Shown: one piece after another, positions 27,513 through 36,630 of the stretch
Position numbering within the stretch: the stretch's first letter is position 1
Layout: every line of letters begins with the position of its first letter
Assembly (NCBI GenBank): GCA_025935475.1
Contig: JAICVE010000001.1
Span: 1-36,630 of the forward strand
DNA: 36,630 nt
Source: Nitrospira sp.
GTDB taxonomy: Bacteria > Nitrospirota > Nitrospiria > Nitrospirales > Nitrospiraceae
Direction: 5' to 3'
Position numbers and translations under genes: made by a program
Notes under the pieces: model-generated
What the model was told of the DNA's origin: nothing
The model's database searches: none
Seen by the model: the letters and a program-made list of their open reading frames with translations, nothing else

Positions 27513-27601
27513 TCGCCTCTCCCGCCGTTCATGGCTCTACCATATATAACAGTGTCTCTCCATCCTTGCCAGCAGAGGACGCGGATATGGTAGGCTGCGC
27601 C

Positions 27602-28699
27602 ATGCAGAATTCGGGCGCGGCGGTTTCTCAATCCAGCATCAATCTGCTCTCCCTCGACGAAACGGAGATGGCCGACCTCGTCGCCGGGTTCGGATGGCCT
27701 GCGTATCGCACCGCTCAGATCCTTCGCTGGCTCTATCAGCGGCGAGCACGATCCATCAGCAACATGACGGATCTGAGCCACCTGGACCGGGCGAAATTGA
27801 GCGGCCGCGCGACGATCGCACGGACCCCTCATTGCCTCGTATTTCGCTCCGCGGACGACACAAGAAAGTTGGTCCTGAAGCTGGAGGACGGACTCGAGGT
27901 GGAAGCCGTCCTCATTCCCGACGAGAGCCGGTTGACGCTGTGCCTTTCTACCCAGGTTGGCTGTACGCTAGACTGCGGATTCTGTCTCACCGGCACGATG
28001 GGCTTGAGGCGGAACCTCAAGCCGCACGAGATCATCGAGCAAGTGTTGGCCGCTCAAGACCACCTCGGGGATGGCGAACGATTGTCGAACATGGTGTTCA
28101 TGGGGATGGGTGAACCGCTGGCCAATTTCAACGCCCTATCGGAAGCAATCCGCCGGCTGACGAACAAGCACTGGGGGTTGGGGTGGTCCCCTCGCCGCAT
28201 TACCGTATCGACGGCCGGTCTAGCCTCCCGCATGAAGGAGGTTGCGCCGCTGGGCGTGAACCTGGCCGTCTCCCTCAACGCCACCACGGATGAGCAGCGT
28301 GCTCGGCTCATGCCGGCGGTCAACGGGATGGCATCGCTCAAAACACTGCTGCTCGCCTGCCGCCGGTATCCCTTGGCGCCGCACCGACGGCTGACGTTTG
28401 AATATGTGTTGCTCGCCGGCGTAAACGATGGCGAGGCGGATGCCCTGCGTTTGGTCAAACTGATCCGCGGGATCACATGCAAGGTTAATTTGATTCCCTT
28501 CAACCCATTTCCCGGCAGTGCCTTCCGTCGGCCGTCCGACCTCGACATCTTGGCATTCCAATCGATCGTGCGCGAGGCCGGCATCGATGTCTTCATCCGG
28601 AAAAGTCGTGGCTGCGACGTGCTGGGCGCCTGCGGACAACTTGGGAATCTCCCTACTGCTCGCGTCCGAACCTTGACACCTCTTGAATCCCGTTGTTAG
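27602..28699 (+). CDS. rlmN: 23S rRNA/tRNA m2A methyltransferase RlmN
   Basis: CLSTQVGCTLDCGFC.TG, VFMGMGEPL.N, EYVLL.GVND, NLIPFN, ACGQL. Start uncertain (27566-27602). Confidence 0.95.
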   Translation: MQNSGAAVSQSSINLLSLDETEMADLVAGFGWPAYRTAQILRWLYQRRARSISNMTDLSHLDRAKLSGRATIARTPHCLVFRSADDTRKLVLKLEDGLEVEAVLIPDESRLTLCLSTQVGCTLDCGFCLTGTMGLRRNLKPHEIIEQVLAAQDHLGDGERLSNMVFMGMGEPLANFNALSEAIRRLTNKHWGLGWSPRRITVSTAGLASRMKEVAPLGVNLAVSLNATTDEQRARLMPAVNGMASLKTLLLACRRYPLAPHRRLTFEYVLLAGVNDGEADALRLVKLIRGITCKVNLIPFNPFPGSAFRRPSDLDILAFQSIVREAGIDVFIRKSRGCDVLGACGQLGNLPTARVRTLTPLESRC

Positions 28700-28702
28700 C
28701 AT
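28673..28702 (+). promoter_or_regulatory. Internal sigma70 promoter candidate for the M16 peptidase genes
   Basis: TTGACA-N18-TAGCAT with extended TG, inside the 3' end of rlmN. Confidence 0.5.
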
Positions 28703-28727
28703 GCAACGGTTCTCCTCACCACTAATC

Positions 28728-30107
28728 ATGACCAGTTTGCGCCTCCGACACAGCGGTTTCTGGTGGCTTCCCATCCTGGCCGCGTTCTGGTGTTTTTCCA
28801 TCCAATCAACCGTCGCCGCCGAGCCTCATGAGCACATTCTTTCGAACGGCATGAAGGTGCTGCTGGTGGAAGTTCCGAAAGCGCCGGTTGCCACAGTTCA
28901 GGTTTGGTACAAGGTCGGTTCCCGCAATGAGGTCATGGGCCGTGCGGGGCTCTCGCACATGCTCGAGCACATGATGTTCAAGGGCACGGCAAAATATCCG
29001 AAGGGATCGTTTTCGCGCCTCATCCGCAAGGGCGGCGGCATGGACAACGCATTCACGAGTCAGGATTTCACGGCCTATTTTGAGAATCTCGCGGCGGACC
29101 GCGTGCAGCTGGCCTTGGAAATGGAGGCCGATCGCATGCAGGGCCTCATTCTCGACGCGAACGAGCTCAAGACGGAGCGAGAGGTCGTGAAGGAGGAACG
29201 TCGGCTGCGCACGGAAGACGATCCACAAGGCGCTCTCGTAGAAGCCTTGTTCGCCCAGGCATATCTCAGCCATCCCTATCACTGGCCCGTCATTGGATGG
29301 TTCGGCGATTTGGATGCGATGACCCTAGATGACCTTCAGCGGCACTACGACACGTATTATTCCCCCAACAACGCCACATTGGTCGTCGTTGGTGACATCA
29401 AGGCCGACCAATTGTTGCCGACGATCAAGCAATTGTTTGAGCCCATACCGCGTGGACCGGAACCCAAGCCGGTGGCGACCATGGAGGGAGAGCAGAAGGG
29501 CGAGCGGCGATTTCTGCTGAAACGTGAAGCGCAGGTGCCGTTTGTGATGATGGGCTATCGTGTCCCAAATTATACGAGCGAAGATTCCTATGCCTTGGAT
29601 GTGCTGGAATCCATCCTTTCTCACGGGAAAAGTTCCCGACTCTATCAAAGTCTCGTTTACGATCAGAAACTTTCTCTCGCAGTCGGCGCCGAGTATAGTT
29701 TGATGCAGACCGACCCCGGCCTGTTCTATTTTTACGCTCTCGTAAGTCCCGGCCAGAAGGTCGAGAGCGTCGAAGAGGCGCTTCATAAGGAAATCAAGCG
29801 GCTCCAGACCGAGCCTCCAACCGAACAGGAACTGCAACGGGCCAAGAACCAAGTGGAGGCGGCGAGGATTTTCGAGCAGGATTCCAATTTTCGACACGCC
29901 ATGCTGCTGGGCCAGGCGGAGTCCGTGGGAGCGGGATGGCGCAAGGTGGATCAGTTTTTGGAGAGGATCCACGCCGTCACGGCGAAGGAGGTACAGCGCG
30001 TCGCGTCACAGTATCTGCTCGAGGACGCGCGGACCGTCGGCACCTTGATTCCTGTCATACCCAAGCCACCGGAATCGCCCACTGCGGCAGTGCAGGGAAA
30101 ACCGTGA
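28728..30107 (+). CDS. M16-family zinc peptidase, catalytic subunit
   Basis: Inverted zinc motif HMLEH, NAFTS.D.T.Y, Y.PNNA.LV.VGD; signal peptide. Start uncertain. Confidence 0.92.
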   Translation: MTSLRLRHSGFWWLPILAAFWCFSIQSTVAAEPHEHILSNGMKVLLVEVPKAPVATVQVWYKVGSRNEVMGRAGLSHMLEHMMFKGTAKYPKGSFSRLIRKGGGMDNAFTSQDFTAYFENLAADRVQLALEMEADRMQGLILDANELKTEREVVKEERRLRTEDDPQGALVEALFAQAYLSHPYHWPVIGWFGDLDAMTLDDLQRHYDTYYSPNNATLVVVGDIKADQLLPTIKQLFEPIPRGPEPKPVATMEGEQKGERRFLLKREAQVPFVMMGYRVPNYTSEDSYALDVLESILSHGKSSRLYQSLVYDQKLSLAVGAEYSLMQTDPGLFYFYALVSPGQKVESVEEALHKEIKRLQTEPPTEQELQRAKNQVEAARIFEQDSNFRHAMLLGQAESVGAGWRKVDQFLERIHAVTAKEVQRVASQYLLEDARTVGTLIPVIPKPPESPTAAVQGKP

Positions 30108-31468
30108 TCGCCACGTTGCTTCGCTCGATGGTGTACCATCGGGGATCCGCTTGGCTCCTGCTCGGCTCTCTCGCAGTTGCCGTTGCCGCGACCCCTCTCT
30201 CGGCAGCCGAGATTGTTCCCACGAAATTCGTGACGCCCAACGGCATGACGATTCTCGTGCTGGAGCAGCATTTCCTGCCGATTGTCGAAGTCCATGCGAT
30301 GGTCAAGAGCGGGTCGGCGCAGGATCCCCCCGACAAAGCCGGTCTTGCGAATCTGGTCGCCAGTCTCCTTGACGAAGGCACGACCTCCCGGTCGTCGAAA
30401 CAACTCGCCGAGCAAATCGACTTTGTCGGCGGCGCCTTAGAAGTCAAGGCTGCCGAAGATTTCACGACCGCCTCTGTCCGCGTGTTGAAGAAGGATGTGG
30501 AATTGGGCTTTACACTGCTGGCCGACATCCTGCAGCACCCGGCATTTCACAAGCCCGAGTTCGAGCGGATACGTTCCCAGATACTCGGGGAAATGGCCAG
30601 TGACAACGACGATCCCGGTCACGTCGCCATGAAATCATTCAACCAGCTGGTGTTTCACGGGCATCCGTACCGCTGGCCGTTGTACGGCAACGAAGAGTCG
30701 CTCAGCAAAATTACTCATGCCGACGTGGTGAGCTTCTACAACCGAGAGTACACTCCCGGTCAGCTGATTCTGACGATCGTGGGCGACATCACGACGGAAC
30801 AGGTGGCTGGACTCGCACAGGTCCATTTCGGTCCCTGGAAGAAGGGTGCGGCGCCGCCGCGAAACCTCAAACATCCGGCACCGGTCGAAAAGAAGACGGT
30901 ACAGCTCATCGAGAAGGATTTGACGCAGTCAAACGTCATTCTCGGCCATGGCGGAATCAGCCGGAACAATCCCGATTTTTACGCCGTCACCGTCATGAAC
31001 TACATTCTAGGGGCCGGCGGATTCAGCTCGAGGCTGATGGATTCTATCCGCGACAAACAGGGCTTGGTCTATGGGATCATGAGCCATTTTGATGCGCGGC
31101 TCATGCCCGGGTCGTTTTGGATCAACTTTCAAACCCGTACGGAAGCCACGAACCAGGCGATTCAAGGGGTGCTGGCCGAGATCAAGAACATCCGCGAAGC
31201 GCCCGTCACCGATCAGGAGCTTTCTGAGGCCAAGTCCTTTTTGGTCGGAAGTTTCCCGCTGCGGCTCGACTCCACCGCCAAGCTCGCCCAGGTATTGGCC
31301 CAGGTTGAGTTTTACGGTTTGGGATTCGAATACTTTTCCCAATACCCCAAGTGGATCGAGCGGGTCACCAAGGAAGACGTCCTCCGGGTCGCCAAGCAAT
31401 ACCTCAATCCGAACCGGTACGCGCTCGTTGTCGTCGGCAATGCGGCTAAGGCCAAGCTGAAACAGTAA
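30104..31468 (+). CDS. M16-family peptidase, non-catalytic partner subunit
   Basis: M16 fold lacking HxxEH (GLANLVASLLDEG) but carrying SRL...IR.K.GL.Y; GTGA overlap with the upstream subunit. Confidence 0.9.
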   Translation: MIATLLRSMVYHRGSAWLLLGSLAVAVAATPLSAAEIVPTKFVTPNGMTILVLEQHFLPIVEVHAMVKSGSAQDPPDKAGLANLVASLLDEGTTSRSSKQLAEQIDFVGGALEVKAAEDFTTASVRVLKKDVELGFTLLADILQHPAFHKPEFERIRSQILGEMASDNDDPGHVAMKSFNQLVFHGHPYRWPLYGNEESLSKITHADVVSFYNREYTPGQLILTIVGDITTEQVAGLAQVHFGPWKKGAAPPRNLKHPAPVEKKTVQLIEKDLTQSNVILGHGGISRNNPDFYAVTVMNYILGAGGFSSRLMDSIRDKQGLVYGIMSHFDARLMPGSFWINFQTRTEATNQAIQGVLAEIKNIREAPVTDQELSEAKSFLVGSFPLRLDSTAKLAQVLAQVEFYGLGFEYFSQYPKWIERVTKEDVLRVAKQYLNPNRYALVVVGNAAKAKLKQ

Positions 31469-31474
31469 TGGATC

Positions 31475-32284
31475 ATGGTCACGGCACTTCTGACGGATAA
31501 ACTCGATCGTCTTCGTCATCTCGTGGCAGAGATGCACTCCGTCCTGGTCGCGTTTTCAGGAGGCATCGACAGCACGCTGGTGCTGAAGATCGCACACGAT
31601 GCGCTTGGACCGAACGCGGTCGGTGTCACAGCCATGTCGCCGACCTACCCGGCCGCTGAATTGGAAAGCGCGACTCGTACCGCGCGGGAGATCGGCGCCC
31701 GGCATGAAGTGGTGACGACCGATCAACTGGCGATTCCCGCTTTTGTCGAAAACGATGCCAGCCGTTGCTTCCATTGCAAAACCGATCTGTATCGCTTGAT
31801 GGAAGGACTTAGGGCCGCACGATCCACGCAATGGATCCTGGACGGCACGAACATGGACGATCTCGGCGATGACCGTCCGGGCATCAAAGCGGCGCGCGAA
31901 TGGCAGGTGCGGAGTCCGCTCGTGGAGGCGGCATTGACGAAGGCCGACGTCCGAGCGGCGGCTCAGGCGCTTGGCCTTTCAGCGTGGGACAAGCCGGCGG
32001 CGGCCTGTTTGTCTTCGCGGGTTCCCCGCGGCGTGCCCATCACCGTCGAAAAACTGCGCCGGGTTGAGCAGGCCGAGGCCATTTTGCAGGCTGAAGGCTT
32101 CCGCCAGGTCCGCGTCCGGGATCACGGCGACATGGCCAGGATTGAGGTCGCACCCGAGGAGTTCGCACGGCTGAGCCACCCGGCCCTCCGTGCCTCGATC
32201 AGCGCCCGCCTGCGCGAGACCGGCTTCCGCTTCATCTGCGTGGATCTGGACGGGTATCGTCGGGGGGGCTCAGGATTACCCTGA
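31475..32284 (+). CDS. larE: ATP-dependent sacrificial sulfur transferase LarE family
   Basis: PP-loop AFSGGIDS, RC.HCK, DGTN.DD..D.RPG, KPA.ACLSSR.P, RVR.HG..ARIEV. Confidence 0.92.
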   Translation: MVTALLTDKLDRLRHLVAEMHSVLVAFSGGIDSTLVLKIAHDALGPNAVGVTAMSPTYPAAELESATRTAREIGARHEVVTTDQLAIPAFVENDASRCFHCKTDLYRLMEGLRAARSTQWILDGTNMDDLGDDRPGIKAAREWQVRSPLVEAALTKADVRAAAQALGLSAWDKPAAACLSSRVPRGVPITVEKLRRVEQAEAILQAEGFRQVRVRDHGDMARIEVAPEEFARLSHPALRASISARLRETGFRFICVDLDGYRRGGSGLP

Positions 32285-32375
32285 GCGCACGCCCGGCCTG
32301 CGGCCGAGCGTCCACGGTCGTCACACTCTTTTTTGGAAGTGTCCAAGAGACGCCGCGCGTGGTGACGGCCGCAAA

Positions 32376-32879
32376 CTAGCGTGAGGATTTCGAGAGCGCG
32401 TCGAGGGCTTCGTCAGCCAACCGCCGGTGGTCCGCGTCCGTAAGGCTCCGCTGAACGACTTTTTCGGCCACCATCAACGCCAGATCGGTCGTTTGAGTGC
32501 GGATCTCTTGAATCGCCTTCCGCCGTTCGTGGTCGATCTCACGCGTCGCATCGCCTTTGATGCGGTCGGCTTCCGCAATCAGGCGCTGCTCGTTTTCTTC
32601 CATGACACGCTGCGCCCGTTCCTTCGCCGCCAACAGAATCCCTTCGGCTTCTCGTGAGACGCCTTCGAGCTTCGCCTCATACTCCTTGAGCTTCCGCTCG
32701 GCAGTCGACCGGTGTATTTCAGCCTGGTCCAAGCTGTCCTTGATCTTTTTTTCCCGTTCTTCCAGGACGCTCAGAATGCCGGGGAACGCAAATTTGTAGA
32801 GCACGAAGAGCAGAATCCCGAAAGACACCACTTCCCAGAAAATCAGGGAGGAAAAGAAATGCGATTCAAACTGCGGCAT
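32376..32879 (-). CDS. atpF: ATP synthase Fo subunit b
   Basis: N-terminal TM (FW..VSF.IL...L.KFA.P.I...L.ER) then charged coiled coil. Confidence 0.93.
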   Translation of the reverse strand: MPQFESHFFSSLIFWEVVSFGILLFVLYKFAFPGILSVLEEREKKIKDSLDQAEIHRSTAERKLKEYEAKLEGVSREAEGILLAAKERAQRVMEENEQRLIAEADRIKGDATREIDHERRKAIQEIRTQTTDLALMVAEKVVQRSLTDADHRRLADEALDALSKSSR

Positions 32880-32908
32880 GGTTTACGCTCGCTTTGTTAA
32901 AGAGCCCG

Positions 32909-33030
32909 GTGATGCTCAAAACGGCCTTCCAACTAGGCCGCAGTGAAGGGCGAGCCCGCAGCTTACGCCTTATGGTAAGTGAGGAGTTCGCCCAAGCGAG
33001 AACGCCGTTGGAGACCGTTTTCAGCGTCAC
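32909..33030. repeat. 122-nt nested inverted-repeat element (REP/MITE-like) between atpE and atpF
   Basis: Arms GTGATGCTCAAAACGGCCTTCCAAC (32909-32933) and GTTGGAGACCGTTTTCAGCGTCAC (33007-33030); inner GGGCGAGC/GTTCGCCC and CTTAC/GTAAG. Confidence 0.75.
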
Positions 33031-33031
33031 G

Positions 33032-33262
33032 TTATTTGCGCAAGCCCATAATGATAAATGCAATGACCAGCCCATACAGCGCGATGGCCTCGACCAACGC
33101 GAATCCGATCCACATGTATTTGCCGACACGCCCTTCCGCTTCCGGCTGACGCGCGACGGCCTCAATCATCTTTCCAAAAATGTATCCGATGCCCACGCCC
33201 GCCCCGGCAAATCCGGCGGCGGCGAGGCCCATGCCCAACAGTGCTGCGGCTGCTGAATCCAT
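33032..33262 (-). CDS. atpE: ATP synthase Fo subunit c
   Basis: GAGVGIG, ARQPE loop, conserved acidic residue in LVEAIAL; RBS AAGGAG. Confidence 0.97.
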   Translation of the reverse strand: MDSAAAALLGMGLAAAGFAGAGVGIGYIFGKMIEAVARQPEAEGRVGKYMWIGFALVEAIALYGLVIAFIIMGLRK

Positions 33263-33297
33263 TGATTCGCCCCTCCTTTAACTTAACGGTTCATCGT

Positions 33298-34050
33298 TCA
33301 ATGAGCATGTTCACTATGCCCATGTAACGTTACTGCATCGCCGAGATACACGCAGGTCAAAATTGTAAAGATGTATGCCTGAATCGGCGCGATCAATACC
33401 GCCTCCAATCCATTCACGAACAACGTCGCACCGAATGGAAGCACACCGATGTACACAGGCAGCGAAATTACCATCCCGAAGAGCACGGCTAGAATGGTGT
33501 GCCCCGCGGTCATGTTGGCAAACAACCGCACGGCAAGCGACACGGGCCTGGCCAACTGGCTAATCAACTCGATGGGAATCATCAGTGGCAACATCCAGCC
33601 GGGCGTTCCAGGCGGGACGAGAATTCCTAAAAATTTCAGACCATGCAAAACGAAACCAAGAACAATGCTCAGCGTATAGACAAAGCCGGCAAACACGGCA
33701 GTGACGATGATCTGACTCGTCACCGTGTAAGTCCCAGGAATCAAACCCAGCCAATTACAAAAAAGAATGAACAAGAAAAGAGTCGCAATCAATGGGAAGA
33801 ACTTCATGCCATCTGGCCCCATCGTATCCAAGATCATGCCCCTAATAAAATCAACCAGGATCTCGCCGAGGCTCTGTAATTTGCCCGGCACGAGCCGGCG
33901 GGCGGACCCTGCCATGATCATGAGGATGGAAATGAGCCCCACCACTACCCACATCATGATGACGGCTTTGTTAATAGAAATATCGAGGCCGCCGAGATTG
34001 ACCGTAAGGTAGTTGTGAAGTTCAAACGGATGCAGGGGACTTTCTTCCAT
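33298..34050 (-). CDS. atpB: ATP synthase Fo subunit a
   Basis: P.K.QS..E, FILFCN.LGLIP, IELIS...RP.SL..RLFANM.AGH, IQAYIF..L...Y. Confidence 0.96.
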   Translation of the reverse strand: MEESPLHPFELHNYLTVNLGGLDISINKAVIMMWVVVGLISILMIMAGSARRLVPGKLQSLGEILVDFIRGMILDTMGPDGMKFFPLIATLFLFILFCNWLGLIPGTYTVTSQIIVTAVFAGFVYTLSIVLGFVLHGLKFLGILVPPGTPGWMLPLMIPIELISQLARPVSLAVRLFANMTAGHTILAVLFGMVISLPVYIGVLPFGATLFVNGLEAVLIAPIQAYIFTILTCVYLGDAVTLHGHSEHAH

Positions 34051-34076
34051 GGATCCTTTCGCGATGCATCAATCGA

Positions 34077-34295
34077 CTACTTCGGCCACCGCTGCGCCAT
34101 GCGATAGGCATTTCTGACGCCGGCCAGCGCACCCAACATCAACCCGACCACCATGACCCATGGACCCGTATCCAAGAGATACGTGTCGATGGCCCATCCG
34201 AGCCCACCCCCGACGATCAGCGCAGCCAGCAGTTCTGTTCCGATCCGAATAGCTTGGCCGAGCCCCGCATAGAACGGATCCTGTGACTGGAGCAT
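34077..34295 (-). CDS. AtpZ/AtpI-family protein (first gene of the Fo operon)
   Basis: IG.EL.....VG..LGW..D..L...PW....GL.LG...G..N.YR; 72 aa from ATG 34295. Confidence 0.88.
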   Translation of the reverse strand: MLQSQDPFYAGLGQAIRIGTELLAALIVGGGLGWAIDTYLLDTGPWVMVVGLMLGALAGVRNAYRMAQRWPK

Positions 34296-34458
34296 GGTCC
34301 ATGACCCACTGAGGCGAGTTCCTGAGTAAGGACTCTCCCGAAGGGCGGGCGCGCAATTCAAGCAGAATGCCCGTGAAGTTGTCAAGTTTGGCCGCTGGGA
34401 AATCACCGGATCGCTGCTGTATAGTGAGCGATCTCGGCCCGTCGAGCCGACTCCTACG

Positions 34459-35916
34459 ATGACCCGATACTCGCAACCTTCCTTCCTGCGCGGTGCGCCG
34501 CGGCCACTGGTGCTCTCCATAGATAGCCAAGGTCAGCATCCCCTTGAGCTCTATGAAAAAATCGCTGCGTCTTCCCGGCCTTCGTTCTTATTAGAAAGCG
34601 GAAAAGGCCACACAAGCGCTCCGGGTTATTCATTTTTGGGGAGCGGACCGGTTGCCCTCGTCTCTGTTCCCCGACCGCCGATCGGAGCATCCGGAGAAGA
34701 TCCGTTCCAGCCTCTCCGCCAGGCGATTGGCAAGCCGGGGATTGAACAGGCGCCCGATCTGCCGCCCTTCTTCGGCGGTGCCGTTGGATACTTCAGCTAT
34801 GACTTTGCCCGCCGACTGGAATCGCTGCCTCCGCTCGCAGCGAACGATCTCAATATCCCCGACATGCAATTTGCACTCTACGATCTCGTCACGGCGGTGG
34901 ATCATCGGACAAACCGCCTGCAGATCATGTTCTGTCCTCCGATGGAGCGCTTTCTCGGTGAGGCCCGCGAGAAACTGTACCGCGAGGGACAAGATCGGGT
35001 GGCAGAATGGGAAGCCCGGCTCAAAGCTCCCGCGCCGGGGCGCGAACCCGTGGCGGTCGAACCCTTGTCGTTTGCACCGGAACAAACCAAAGAGGCGTAT
35101 CTCGATCGGGTCGGACGTGCGAAAGCCTACATCGCCGCCGGAGACATCTATCAAGCGAACATCTCTCATCGGTTTGCGGCGGACCTTCCGATTCGACATG
35201 GTTCGGCATCGGAACGACTCCGCTATGAGCATGCGCTCTACCGACAGCTTCGCAGGGTCAATCCGTCTCCGTTCTCCGGTCTGCTGCGTTTTGACGATCT
35301 CTCGCTGATCAGCTCCTCGCCCGAACGATTGGTGCGTCTCAGAGGACGGCGTGCTGAAGCTCGGCCTATCGCGGGCACCCGTCCTCGAGGAACCAATGCC
35401 GAGGATGACCAACGTCTCGTCACCGAACTGTTGGCGAGCCCGAAAGAACGGGCGGAGCATGTGATGCTTGTAGACCTGGAACGAAACGATCTTGGACGTG
35501 TCTGCGACTTCGGCAGCGTGCGGGTCGATGAGTTCATGGCCGTCGAACAGTATTCGCACGTCAGCCACATCGTTTCGAACGTGTGCGGCATCCTCCGGAC
35601 GGACGCCACGCCGTTCGATCTCATCAGAGCCACTTTCCCAGGCGGCACGATCACGGGCGTTCCGAAGATTCGTTGCATGGAAATCATCGAGGAGTTGGAG
35701 CCAGTCCGCCGGGGTCCGTATACGGGATCGTTCGGCTATATCGGCTGGAACGGTGATTTGGATTTGAACATCGTCATCCGGACACTCGTCCTGACAGGAC
35801 CGATGGCATACTTGCAAGTGGGAGCCGGAATCGTCGCCGATTCCGATCCGGCCAAAGAGTACGAAGAGACACTCGACAAAGCGCAGGCGTTTTTCAGTTC
35901 GTTCCAGCGGGCATAA
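34459..35916 (+). CDS. pabB: Aminodeoxychorismate/anthranilate synthase component I family
   Basis: FLLES, GG.VGY.SYD, GDIYQ.N, SSPER, PIAGTRPRG, AEH.MLVDLERND, FPGGTITGVPK, NI.IRT. PabB is favoured over TrpE by the adjacent class IV aminotransferase and lack of the usual SPYM motif. Confidence 0.8.
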   Translation: MTRYSQPSFLRGAPRPLVLSIDSQGQHPLELYEKIAASSRPSFLLESGKGHTSAPGYSFLGSGPVALVSVPRPPIGASGEDPFQPLRQAIGKPGIEQAPDLPPFFGGAVGYFSYDFARRLESLPPLAANDLNIPDMQFALYDLVTAVDHRTNRLQIMFCPPMERFLGEAREKLYREGQDRVAEWEARLKAPAPGREPVAVEPLSFAPEQTKEAYLDRVGRAKAYIAAGDIYQANISHRFAADLPIRHGSASERLRYEHALYRQLRRVNPSPFSGLLRFDDLSLISSSPERLVRLRGRRAEARPIAGTRPRGTNAEDDQRLVTELLASPKERAEHVMLVDLERNDLGRVCDFGSVRVDEFMAVEQYSHVSHIVSNVCGILRTDATPFDLIRATFPGGTITGVPKIRCMEIIEELEPVRRGPYTGSFGYIGWNGDLDLNIVIRTLVLTGPMAYLQVGAGIVADSDPAKEYEETLDKAQAFFSSFQRA

Positions 35917-35918
35917 CG

Positions 35919-36630
35919 GTGTGGATCTATCTGAACGATCGGTTCGTGAAAGAAGAAGAGGCGCAAGTTTCCGTCTTTGATCACGGCTTCCTCTACGGTG
36001 ACGGCGTCTACGAAACCATCCGCTCCTACGGTGAAAAAATCTTCATGTGCGATCAGCACCTGGCGCGTCTGCGGCGCTCGGCAGACGCCATCGGCGTGAC
36101 GATTCCCAAGCGCGACTGGCCGTCGCTGCTGCATGAATCAATGGAACGCAACGGCGTCGGCAACGATGGCACGGACGCCTACATTCGAATCACCATTTCG
36201 CGGGGCACAGGCGACATCGGCTTGGATCCGGCGCTGTGTCCCACGCCCACGGTCGTGATCATGACCAAACCACTCAAGCCCCCTCCCCCCGAGCGCTATC
36301 GGACAGGCGTGAGCCTAATCGTGGCCCACACGAGACGAAACCTCCCGAGCGCGCTCGATCCACAGATCAAAGCCACCAATTTCCTGAACAACATTCAAGC
36401 CAAACGGGAGGCCATCGCAGCGGGCGCGTTCGACAGCGTCTTGCTCAATTGGGAAGGACACTTGACCGAGTGCACGGTGAGCAACTTGTTCTTTGTGCAG
36501 TCCGGCCGCCTCTGCACACCCGCCTTATCATGTGGCATTCTGGACGGCATCACCCGAGGCATCATTCTCAGCTTGGCGCGGGAAGCCGGAATTCCGGTCA
36601 ACGAAGGCCGATTTACCGCCGAGGCGCTGA
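35919..36630 (+). CDS. Partial class IV aminotransferase (4-amino-4-deoxychorismate lyase / branched-chain aminotransferase family)
   Basis: Manual translation from GTG 35919: MWIYLNDRFV...SVFDHGFLYGDGVYETIR...HLARLRRSA...IKATNFLNN...TECTVSNLF...ILDGITR; runs off the window. Confidence 0.9.
   Translation, partial: MWIYLNDRFVKEEEAQVSVFDHGFLYGDGVYETIRSYGEKIFMCDQHLARLRRSADAIGVTIPKRDWPSLLHESMERNGVGNDGTDAYIRITISRGTGDIGLDPALCPTPTVVIMTKPLKPPPPERYRTGVSLIVAHTRRNLPSALDPQIKATNFLNNIQAKREAIAAGAFDSVLLNWEGHLTECTVSNLFFVQSGRLCTPALSCGILDGITRGIILSLAREAGIPVNEGRFTAEAL

Noticed and set aside
32866-33256. ORFs spanning the atpE-atpF gap
   Set aside because: Read through the hairpin element and overlap atpE; no coding signal.
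1-36630. CRISPR array, tRNA/rRNA, transposase, integrase, prophage or defence genes
   Set aside because: No regularly spaced repeats, cloverleafs or such protein motifs seen by eye; DUF488 and TfoX-N alone do not support a defence island.

Overview
GC-rich bacterial chromosomal window. A Nitrospira/Nitrospirota origin is my inference from the protein sequences and the stand-alone Fo operon; it was not checked by search. The first ~12.4 kb is accessory-like. It begins with the 5' end of a membrane sensor gene. An ECF42-type sigma factor cluster follows, with three YciI/DGPF genes, each preceded by a matching GTCGATTT-N14-CGAC promoter motif, plus DoxX, PhnB/VOC and DUF1579 genes. Next is a tightly packed six-gene run containing a His/Cys-bearing BNR beta-propeller translationally coupled to a C-terminal-GG ubiquitin-like (MoaD/ThiS) protein. 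The accessory part ends with DUF488, DUF2784, a lipoprotein truncated haemoglobin and an ArsS-like radical SAM gene. The rest is housekeeping: hflKC, fhs, M23 peptidase, cutA, rhodanese, the zapB-zapA-(6S RNA candidate)-rny-ymdB-xseA-xseB-tlyA-epimerase run, SLT, rlmN, an M16 peptidase pair, larE, atpZ/I-atpB-atpE-atpF, pabB and a partial class IV aminotransferase. Two genes carry apparent single-base frameshifts. Notable non-coding structure includes a 122-nt nested hairpin element inside the Fo operon, a ~190-nt folded RNA after zapA, a terminator/pseudoknot candidate before fhs and a G-rich direct repeat before the sigma factor. No CRISPR array, tRNA, rRNA or transposase was seen.
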